Shown: in pieces, positions 11,772-22,888 of the stretch
Position numbering within the stretch: the first letter of the stretch is position 1
How the letters are laid out: each line of letters opens with the position of its first letter
Assembly (NCBI GenBank): GCA_043228905.1
Contig: JBHGNT010000018.1
Location: 17,112,001-17,176,000, forward strand
Direction: 5' to 3'
DNA length: 64,000 nt
Source: Azolla caroliniana
Taxonomy: Eukaryota > Plantae > Polypodiophyta
Made by a program: the position numbers and the translations under genes
The notes under the pieces: generated by a model
The model's input: the letters and a program-made list of their open reading frames with translations, nothing else
Database searches by the model: none
What the model was told of the DNA's origin: nothing

Positions 11772-14700
11772 ATGGAGAATCAACAAGAGGCGATGAACAT
11801 GATGATGATAATGTTTGAGCGGATGCAACAAGAACAACGTGCGATGTCGGAGATGAAGGCGGCAGTAGAGCGGCTTCTGCGACGAAACGGGGAATTCAAC
11901 GGTAAGGGTGTGTCACGCTACCTACGTGAATATAAGGCGGAGATGATGCAATATCGGATACCGGAAGGATTGCAAGTGATATCCTTTAGTCGGGTGGCCT
12001 CGGACGAACTACAAGAGAGAATCCACAAGATAAAGGCAAGGTCTAGTGTAGCATTCCACACAATAGGTTTTGTAGACTTACGCGTTTGACCTTTTAAAAG
12101 ATTAGTAAACGGCGTCGTCAATTGGGAGTAATTACAAAGAGACTTTCGCAAAAACCCCACAAAACCAAGGAATGATCGAACTTCTCGAATATTCCGAAGA
12201 GTGGGCCAAAGCTTGATTTTCTCAATGTGAGAAGGATCAATTTCAACTCCTCGTTCAGTTATGAGATGTCCTAGATAAGTAATTGATTTCTTGAAGAACT
12301 CACATTTTGAGATCTTCGCATAAAACTGTTTGTCACGCAATGTTTGTAAAACAAAGCGGACATGTCTAGCATGTTCTTGTAATGTACGGCTATAAACTAA
12401 AATATCATCCAAGAAAATAACGACAAATTTTCCAAGTTGTTCTCGGAAAATGTCATTCATTTCTTGTTGAAAAGTAGCCGGAGCATTGGTCAAACCAAAA
12501 GGCATAACCAAAAACTCGTAATGGCCATAGCGCGTACGAAATGCCGTTTTAGGAACATCGTCCTCACTTATTCGTATTTGATGGTAGCCAGTACGGAGAT
12601 CAAGTTTCGTAAAATACCGAGCTCCCTGGAGACGGTCAATTAGATCGTCAGCCGGGGCAATGGATACGAATTCTTGATCGTCACTTTATTCAAGCGTCGG
12701 TAATTAATACACATACGCCATGTGCCCTCTTTCTTTTTAACCAAGAGAACTGGTGCACCCCATGGAGATTTACTATAACGTATATAACCCATTCGTAAAT
12801 AGTCCTTGAGTTGCTTAGATACCTCATCTTCTTCGGATCGACTTAAGCGATACGGAGGTATACTTATTGGTGCAACACCAGGTACAATATCTATACGATG
12901 GTCTATATTACGTTTAGGAGGTAACCCATTAGGTAGTTCACTTGGAAAAACATCATGAAAATCATTTAAGATTTCATCAAGTTGTTGTTGTTCAAAATAT
13001 GTTAATTGAATCGGGACATTATCGATATTGTAAACGTGAATGTCCGGATCAAGTACACAATAAAATAACGTAGAATAAGACAACTCGGATATTGATGGAC
13101 ACGAGGAAACAATCGAGAGGGATTGTTTTTTTACACATTGAATAAAATGCGTACAATCGTTCAGTACAAAAGAAATGGAATGACGAACCCAATCAATAAA
13201 TAAAGAAGAGTTTTTATTATAAAACCAGGGATAACCCAGTATTACATCGGTGGTACAAAGATTCATTACATGGAAGTCTACTTCCTCTATATAAGTATCA
13301 ATAGAAATTCCTAATGAATGAATCGCCCCGTTGATGTATTGTACTCTTCCATCAGCCAAGTGCACCGTGTAGGTGTGATCACTTACGGTGGGTTGGATTC
13401 CCCATATCTGAACCAAACGATCATTCACAAAATTGTGTGAGCTTCCCGAATCAAATAAAAATTGTACGGGAGATCCATTGATATACCCGTTTGCACGTAG
13501 TAAATCATTGGGACCCAATACATAGTGAGGGAAAGAACATTGACAAGTACTTAAATGATGTGTATAGACCTGAAGGACATTAGGAATCTGACCTTTATGG
13601 TCTGCAGCTTTAGCTTTGTTGTCGTGCTCTTTCCGTTGGAGCTTTCGACATTGATCTTTTGTATGACCCTTCTTTTTGCAGAATACACAAAAAGGATGTT
13701 GTCGCTTACAATCGCGATCCAGGAATTCGTTGGGTGTCTTGTGTTTCCCAACAAATTGCGGTTGCTTAGTCCCGGGCGCTTCGTTGGGTTTGTTATGGTC
13801 CTTCTTCGAAGTGCGTTGATAGCGAAGAACTATTTCAACGGCCTCTTCGAAGGATTTTGGATCCTTATCGTGCACTATCCAGTGATAGTCCGAATTGGGG
13901 ATGCCATTGACAAAACAAGCTATCAACCAATTGTCCCCTTCTAGACCCGATTTTTGGATTTGGGTTCTAGCATGGTGAACATAGTCTTCTAGCGAGGAAA
14001 ATTTCCTGCTAGAGAGGTTCATTAAAGCTTGTGCTGCCTCGGTTCGAGAGGGAGGTTGCAGAAATTGGCCCTTAAAAACCGTGACAAAATCTGTCCAGGT
14101 ATCGGGCAATTTCCCCATAGTACGGAGGCCACGCCACCAGGCGGCGGCCTTACCCCCGAGTTCTCGACCGACATATGCAATCTTCGTACTATCTGGCGTG
14201 GGATAGAGCTCAAAATGAGACTCCCATCGTCCCAGCCATGTGCAGATTGCTTCTTCGGTTCTTTCCTTTTTGTCTCCCGTAAATGGCTTAACGACAAATG
14301 ATGGTTCACCTTGTCGCTCATCAGGTCTATTAGTCTCACGTTGTAGACTAATGACACGTGCCTCAAGAGCACTCTGAGATTGCCGAAGTTCGGTCATCTG
14401 TTGAGCGGTGAAACTAAGGTATTGGGTTATTTGTGCCAAATACATCTCAGTGGACATTTGTCCAGGAGGATTCCCTTGAGTTCCTTCCGCTTGAGCGGAT
14501 GACATTGGGTCGTTAATTTGAGCCATTAAAGATTATTTCTGGAAAAGAAATAGGATAAGGTCAGAGATATAGTCATAACATCATGTCGTGATGTAAACAT
14601 ATCATGGGCGAGCATTAATCGATATCATTATCTCACGTCAATACCCCTCTGGACGTATGAGATGAGGTTCAAGATCAGGTTACTATGGTAACACAAAGGT

Positions 14701-15867
14701 GTTTTAAAAACCATGGGGGTGACAAATAAATGTCTTTCCCTGATCTCTATATCGATTTTTTCATGGTGGCTCACTGATGATGACGGTGCGAACGGCCTTA
14801 CCGAGGATTGGGCCAAAGTCGAAAGGGTATGCCGAAGACATGATGAAAGGAAGCTGAGAATCTCGTCAACAACGACATGGCCCATGAAGGATGGTCGATT
14901 GAGGAAAAACGATGAAGCCAATATGAAGGCCGAAATACAACATGATGGTACCACGGGAGAAAGAGTGGAACAAGACACCCACTCGTCTTGTGAAAGAACG
15001 ATGGCGAAGGATAAGGCCGATAATTCAAGTGTAGAAGGAAATTTCGGGATACAAGTGCCCGAGACATCGGGTCAAAAAGGGGTAAGCATAATAGATGTTT
15101 GCATAATTGATGCAGATAAAGAGTGTGAAGCGGATGTGATTAAGGAGGTAGCCACAAAAGACGAAATCGAATCGGAGGTGGCTATGGACGAATCAATGGC
15201 GGATTGCCATATTGAGACTTCCCCACCACTAATTCCAGAGACTCCGGCGGTTGCGATCGAAAGGCAACGTGAGACCGAAGAGACGGAAGGTGGCGGAGAG
15301 AAAACGAATGTCGAAGCCGACGAATACGATGAAGAGATAGCCGAGAAGAATGCTAAGGGTGAAACTACGAAAGAAGGTAATACCGAGGATTCATGCCAAC
15401 AATATCTAGAGACTTCGGCGGTTGTGTCTGAGAACCAACGTGAGACCGGAGAGACGGGAGATGGCGGCGAGGAAGGTAAAGTCGGAAGTCGGTTCGGATG
15501 GAAAATGATCCATCCGAAATTCCGATCTAAAAGAAAGTGCGACAATGCGGAGGTCGGGTCTACGACGGGAGAAGCGCGTAATACAGAGCACGCTCTACGG
15601 CGAATAAAGAAACGCGTGTTATGGCGAATAAAGAAGCACGTGCTACGGCGAGAAAAGAAGCATGCATTACAACCACACGAGGACCGAACAACGAGCACAT
15701 ATCGGAGGACCTACGTAGCGAACAACGGAAAGAAGTGCCGAAAGTCGAACCGGACAAGGCAGGTGAAAACGAAGAAAAGAAAGCAAATCCGGACGAAAAG
15801 AAAAGAAAAGAAACCGACCCGAAAGAGCATTGAATCGGTAAAAACCGATCAACCGAGTCCGGATTGA
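11772..15867 (+). pseudogene. B gag (11772-~12030 plus 14773-15867), interrupted by the A fragment; acidic repeats followed by a basic tail
   Basis: [19 protein letters not shown] and GLTEDWAKVERVCRR align with D's gag GQFSGKDATKYLASYGAEM and GLTTDWAAVKRVCGR. Confidence 0.8.
12031..14772 (-). repeat. Copy of A gag-PR-RT inside B (12097-14772 corresponds to 1-2676)
   Basis: Offset 12096. Identical 628-aa translation and the same frameshift. Similarity ends at 14772/2676. Confidence 0.95.
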
Positions 15868-18800
15868 CCGAATACAAATCGGAAAGGAAGCCGAACTAAA
15901 CGAAAGACGATCCGACGAGACCGAATCGGAAGTAAGCTAATCCGACTAAACCGAAAATCCGAAAAGAAGTCGAGATTGATGAAGAAAAGAAAGAGGGCAA
16001 GAAAAGATACTACCGCGGATGACAAGGACCAAGCGGGCCATGCAAAAAGCGAACGAAGACTATGGTGGATCGGATGTCGACAATGGTTCGGGTGGAAAGA
16101 ATGGATGTGCTCCAAATGGAGAGACAAAGTCAACATAACAAGAGAAGTCGAGGGTACTACGAGCCGGCAACGAAACCAATCGGGTAGAGACCGGACGGAG
16201 GAGACTAACAAACACCAACAACTTCGGCACATACCAGAGGATGTGCGGGTTTGGAGGGGGTGAGTGTCGTAGTGTATTTTGTACACTACGTGAAAAACGT
16301 ATATAGTATTAGATTCAATAAAAAATGAAGAAATAGAAGAAAATAGCAAAATAAATGGAACATGCATAGGGCAAGATTCGAACCTTGCACCTCCATGTTA
16401 ATAATGTAATGTCTTACCATTACACTAGCATTTCATTAGTGTTAAAGCATAGATGTCCCACATAGAAAGGTAAATTCACGCTAGGATAAACATTAGAAAA
16501 ACGCATAACAAAAGAAAAAGCTACACATACACATCTAGCGCGCATGATAAAAAACGCACAAGTTAGAAAAAAGCATGATCACTTTAGATAAAGCATATAG
16601 TCTATCTATAGGAAAAGCATGGGGTCTAAACTTAGAGAAAAAGCATGGATTACTAAGACTTCCTCATCACTACATAAGGATGGGGAGCACAATGTAATTG
16701 TGTGTGAAAAATATTTGGAAACTGGATATGTTTCTAAAAAACACCAATTAATAAACTATACTCGTGGGATTCACGAGAATTCTATATCATTCTCTTTCAA
16801 CCGAAGTTTATATTCTTATATTCATATTGATTAATCTAATACAATACACTCGTGGGATTCACGAGTTTGCTATAACTCTTTCTTACAACATATTTATATT
16901 CTTATTAGCCTTAAAACTCTCCTCTTCCTAGTCCAAAACCCCAGCGGTTCCCACCCGACTCACGCAACGATCCGGAGCCGAAAGGCACGACACCGTGTGT
17001 TGTATTGTCTAGCATCATGCGTTCATGATCATATGCTTGGCTACATTTGAGAGGCAAAAACGCCGAAGCAGGCGTGGGAAAATCTCAAAAAGATTTTCGC
17101 AGCCAACACGGCCACACGCAAGCTCCACCTTCGTCAGGAGCTGAATAACATCCAATAGAGGGACATGTCAATCTCAAGCTATACCTTGAAGATCAAGGAG
17201 CTATGTGACGCCCTTGGATTGATCAACGTCGTCATTGATGATGACGAACTGGTGTAGATATGCCTCAGAGTCTTAGTACCACATTTCGGCGCGATTAGAT
17301 AAGCCATTCTTGCAAGGGAGAATCCTCCCTCCTTCTTTGACCTTCAATCGATATTGCTGGTCGAAGAGAATCACGCCCGACAGAGGAGCAACGCATCAGA
17401 TGGTCATCTACTCTACTCCCAGTCGGATAATAGAAGAGATTTTGGCTGTGGAAACAAAGGTCGTTTCGGACAAGGCCATAATGATCGGTGGAATCAAGAG
17501 CGTAACTCCCACCAGTGGCAAGCGGACAGGAACAGGCTCAAAGAGCTTGGCGGAAGGGGGAGTCATAACGCCGGACCAAGCAATCACCGAAACCATGTCG
17601 AGTGCGGGTACTGCGGAAAACCTGGCCACTACGAAGAAGAGTGCCATAAGAAGAAACGTGAGGCATGCCGACAACTCACGAACTACGCCACGAACTCCGA
17701 CTACAACGACCATGGCGGAATGTTCATAATGAAGCATTTGTGACAACCAACGTCTTCACTCCTAATAGTGTATGGTTTGTCGATTCGGGAGCTTCCAATC
17801 ACATGACTTCCCATGAAGATTGGTTTCGGGAATTACGGAAGCCCGAACGTCCCGGATATGTCGAAACAAGTGATGATACGACTCATCCAATACAGCATAT
17901 CGGGAATGTCCCATTCGGAAACGACGACGAACAGACCTACCTCAAGAACGTACTGCATGTTCCCACCATCACGAAAATTCTGGTCTCGGTCGGCCAGATT
18001 GTAGAACAAGGAATGTAGGTACGCTTCAACAGCGATGGGTGCTTCATTGAAAAAGGCGATCAAATCGTAGCTAACCGCAGATGAAAAGGCCGTATGTTCA
18101 TCCTCCAGTTGAGCGAAGTAAAGTCAGCTATGTACGCAAAAGGCCAGAAAGTCAAAACCGACTTAAAATTGTGGCACAAGAGAATCGGCCACATCAATCT
18201 CTAGAAGCTTTAGAACATGCAGACAAAAGGAGTCGTAATCGGACTCCCGAACTTTACGGCAAAGGAGATCACTGGCGTGTGCGAAGCATGCCAATTCAGA
18301 AAACAATGTCGCCATCTATTCCCAAAAGAGCGGAATGTAAGCAAAGGGATCCTGGATGTCATACATTCAGATGTGTGGGGACCAACCCAAATAGCTACTT
18401 TCGGCGGATGCCGTTACTATGTCACGTTCATTGATGACCTCTCTAGAAATACTTGGATTTATTCAATGAAGCAAAACAGTGAAGTGTTCGTCCACTTCCA
18501 AAAGTTCAAAGCCGAAGTGGAAAAAGCCACGGGCCGGCATGTATGCTGCCTTCGATCAGATGGAGGCAAAGAATATTTTTCGGATGAGTTCTCGGCGTAT
18601 CTCCGCAAGGAAGGAATCCGACGAGAGTTCTCGTGTCGACATACAACTCAAAAAAATGGCGTAGCTGAGCGTTGTCGAGGTATTCCTCGCGGATGCGTGG
18701 AATGAGGCGGGACCGCGGGGGTCTTGTACCGAAGAGCAAGAGAGAAAGGAGAAGGGAAGAGACCCACTAGGTGCGAGCGTAGATCCACAGGGACACGGCC

Positions 18801-19384
18801 CTTCGACACAAAGACGCGAGTGGGACAGCGACACAGAGAGACATGAATGTATGTATGTATTAACAAAGACAAACAACAAGAACACGAAGTCGGTTACAAC
18901 CGAACAAGCTGGCGAACAGATGCCGATGCCTGTTCGTAAACGCACAGAAAGGAAAGAGTAGGTTGGAGGTGCTGCCGGAAGCACTCGGGCATTCCTCAGA
19001 GCAACGCGAGCCTCCCGAAACCTGCACAGAAAGGAGCTACAGAGTATGGAAGAGAGAGAAGCCTTCGGCCCGCAATCCGACAGCACTTCGTCCTTTCTAT
19101 CCGCGATCCTTATTCCCCTCCTCGTCTCCCTCCTTTTATAGGCAAGGAAGGAGCCGTTTCCTATTAACTTCCTACCTACCGAATCTACCTACCTAGGATC
19201 TCCCATGTCCCTAATTCTCTCCTATGTACAACACAAGGCGTACGTGCATGAAGAGCCGATTCTTATGCTCCGGCGCACCGATTCTGCTTGTGGACGGTTT
19301 TCTTCACGACATCCGCCCCCACCTAACCGCGCATCCACCGGCATGCGCCAAATTGAGTTGGGACGGAGAAAACCGGTCCAGCCT

Positions 19385-22300
19385 TCAATCCCCGCCCGTC
19401 GGTTCTTCCTCGGTTTCGGATCGTTCGTCGTTCCGGTCAAGGTTAATCGGATCCGGCTCGTCGTCGTGACGCTTCTTGAACACTTTGATCCGCTTCCCAG
19501 CTACCGGTATCGCCATTCTCGTGCCGTCGAGTTCCGCCAGATGGTACGTCCCGTTGTCGTTGGCGCTTTGTACCACGTAAGGCCCGAACCACCTTCTTGC
19601 GAACTTCCGTGTTGCTCGGTGCTGGTTGTCGAGGCTGCTGTCATAGACTAGCACCTAGTCGTCATCCTCGATCTTCTTCGGTCGGAGCCGGTGCATTCGG
19701 TCGAACCGGGCTTTGTTCCTCGTCCTTGCCACCCGAAGCTTTTCTGTAGCTTGCTCTACGTCCTCCGGTCTTCGCTCGAGCTGCCGTATGCGCGCCGCCA
19801 ACAGTTCCTCCCGGCTCATCTCGTCTCTCCAGTCCACGGTTTCCCATGAGGAGATCGTACGTTCCATCGGCATGACCGGCTTCTGCCCAAACATGAGCTC
19901 TGCCGGCATGAATCCGGTTACCGAATTGTGCGTAGTTCGGTCAGCCCATAACGCGTAAGGCAACAGCCGTGGCCAGTTCCCGACTTGACCTCCGCATGCC
20001 CGAACTAACGCCTTGACGATCGGTCCGTGTCCGCGCTCCACCTTCCCATTCGCCTCCGGATTGTACGTAGTGGTAAGCGAGAGCTTGACTCCTAGCCGGT
20101 CGAACAACTCCTCGGCCTCTTCGGCGTCCAACTCCCCGCGATCAGCCACGATCTTCCCGACGCACCCGTACCGGCATATCACGTCCTCAATTAGGAACCG
20201 ACATACGGCCGTGGTCGTTTTGTTCTGAAGGGCTCGGCTTTCCACCTGGTTCGTCAGATCTTCCCGAGCCAGGACCAGATACCGCATCTGTCCTACTCCC
20301 ATCGGCATCGTCACCAGGTCTACCATCCATTTGAAGTGGATGGTCGGAGGGTACGTAGGGTGAAGCTCGTCCCGGTGTCGGACTATGGAGTGCATCTGAC
20401 AGCTCTCGCAAGTTGTCACGAACCGATGCACGTCCCGGTACAGTCCCGACCACCAGTACTTCCCCTTTATCTTCTCGAACGTGGCCCACGTTCCACGGTG
20501 TTCCGCCCAAGGGCTGTCGTGGTAGGCCGTCAGCAGCTCCTCCTGTTCTTCCTTCATCGCCACCACCCGGAGTGGGACGCCGTTCCTCTTCTTCGGGTGC
20601 TTCCATAAGTATCCGTCCCGGAGAAAGAATCGGTAAGCTTTCTTCCGGATCCGGTTGGCCTCGTCCTTCGTCCATGATGCATCCGGCGTCATCGTCCTCA
20701 AAAATCCACCGATCTGGAGCCACTCGCCGTCGTACTTGCTCTCATCGAAGTCGTTAAGTGAAGGAGTGCTCGTCCCATCGGTCGTCACATACGCCGCCTC
20801 GAAGAAGTCCACGCCGACTTCTTCGTCCTCTGAAACCATGCCGCCCTCGTTATCAAACCTTGCCCTCGAAAGCATGTCGGCCATGGCGTTGTCCTTTCCG
20901 GAAATGTGTCGTATTTCCGGATCCAGGGACTTGATGTACGCTATCCACCTGAGCATCGCTAGGTCCGGTGTCGCGCATCCGGAAACCATGCCGAGAATTG
21001 GCAGGCAATCCGTCTCGATAATCACTTCTGTCCCGATCAGGTAGTCTTTGTCGGCCTTTACTGCCGAAACGATACCCCAGAGTTCGCGTTTAACCTGGGC
21101 GTACCCTCGCTGTCGCTCACTGAGGACCTTCGCGCCGAATCGAATCGGGAACCGAATGCCCTCCTCGTCTTCTTGGTTGACGACCCATCCGATCCCGGTC
21201 GGACTCGTATCCACCGTTATGTATACCGGGGTACCCTTCTCGTAGACAACCTTCCGGAGCGCCGGTGCTGCCGCAAGAGCTTCCTTTAGCTTCCGGACCG
21301 ACTCCGTGTGCTCGTCTCGCCACTCGAATTTCCGCCCCTTCTTCAGCAACCCGTATAGCGGCTCCGTAACGTGGGCGTAGTGCGGGATCCATATGTGGTA
21401 GAATGCGCATGCCCCCAGGAACCTCCGAACTTCTGTAACTGAGCTACAATCGGTCTTCATCGCGGAGATGGCTTCTACTTTTGCCAGAGACGGCTTCCGG
21501 CCATACGGTCCACACAGGTGTCCGACCACCAGGATTTCAGATTGCCCGAAGGCCGATTTCTCCCCGGAGAAGGTGAGCCTCGCATCCTCTAGCCTTTGTA
21601 GCACCTTCTCGCAGTCGTCGATGTGTGTTGCCACGAATCGCCGACATTCGTCCGGCCCGACTGTCTCGTCCTTCTCTTCCACCGGGCACCCCTTTATCGG
21701 GATGTCGTCCAGAAATGGCATGGTGATGTCCGGGATGCAATCCCTCAGTACTTTGTTCATTGCATTCACCATGTGGGCCACCGAGTTGGTCCCTCCTTGT
21801 GGCAGGGTACACATTCGCACTAGGCCGAGGGGAGTTCGCATCGTCGTAATGTCTCTGCTCTCCACGGCTAGCTGGAACTGGTCGTACCCCGAGTATAGAT
21901 CACCGACCGAGTAAATCGACCTTCCGGCGAAGGCCTCTGCGAACTCGTCTATGGTCGGTCCGATTCCTGCGTTCCGAATGGTCACTCTGTTGACCGGCTG
22001 CAGGTCTTGAATGAAGCGCATCGTTCCGTTTTTCTTTGGTACGGTAAACCATCGGTTCGAGTATGGGGCACTCGACGGTTCGAGAATGCCCATATCTACT
22101 TTCTGCCTCAATAGCTCCATCAACTTCGGGATGTGAGCTCTCGGTATTGGAATCGGCTTGAGATTCCACGGCACATGCGGTACCGTGAATATCACCATCG
22201 GCTCCACGATCGTCGGGTCTACGCACCCGATCTCTTCCGGTGAGAATGCGAAGGCTTTCCCGTGCCTTCTGAGCATTCTCCGAAACCGGTCTTCCTCCGC

Positions 22301-22888
22301 CGACAGTAGGAACCCGCCCCCACCGATCTTGAGCTCCCGGAGCGTCCCGTCGGTGAAGGTGTGTCCTATGCAGGCCGGATCTCGTAAACTGGGGTCCGAC
22401 GCCACCCCTCTGATTCGGGACTCGCTGCCCTCCGGTAAGGGTGCCGCAACCGGCCCTACCTTCCGGTCCACAGTCTTGTACTTCGTGCTAACTCGGGCCA
22501 TCCGATCCGACTCGAGCCCCTGACTGAAGTCCGCGATGACTTCGTACATCTCTTCGGAACATATCGGTATCGTCCGGTCTTCGTTAAGGTCTTCTCCGGC
22601 TACCTTCCTCAGCATCCCCAAGGTGTCGTCGAAGGAGACCGCCTCCACGGCTCCGTTGATTTCCTCGTCTGGGCCGAGAACTCCGCACGCTCGAAGTCGC
22701 TCCTCTGCCCTTGCCCTTTCTCGGCCAACGATGCCGACTATCATACATCCTCTGTCGTCGGAGAAGCAAATTTTCCTGCCTATCGTACAAGGTTTCTTCG
22801 GTTTCGGTTCTATCGTACAGTTGTGGGGTCTTTCCCGAGTGTCCGGACTGTCTCGGCCCCACGCCTTGGCAGCCCTCTCTAAAAATCC
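19385..22888 (-). CDS. D RT-RNase H-integrase in the -1 frame relative to gag-PR; one premature TAG at 19655
   Basis: LPQGGTNS, FLDDIPIKG, RH VDTSPTGIG, IN zinc finger CESCQ and NGKVERGH, GPY motif WFGPYVV. The frame is open back to the gag stop. Confidence 0.88.

Larger units (their letters stand above)
11006..16992 (+). mobile_element. Element B: gag-only non-autonomous LTR element (TR-GAG-like) inserted in C's gag
   Basis: 728-bp LTRs 11006-11733 and 16265-16992 with no differences seen. TGTCG...CGACA termini, 4-bp TSD CCGT, tRNA-Trp PBS, PPT ending at 16264, no pol of its own. Confidence 0.92.

Noticed and set aside
1-14772. 12.1-kb tandem segmental duplication
   Set aside because: Identity stops at 2676/14772 and the flanks differ; only a fragment was copied.
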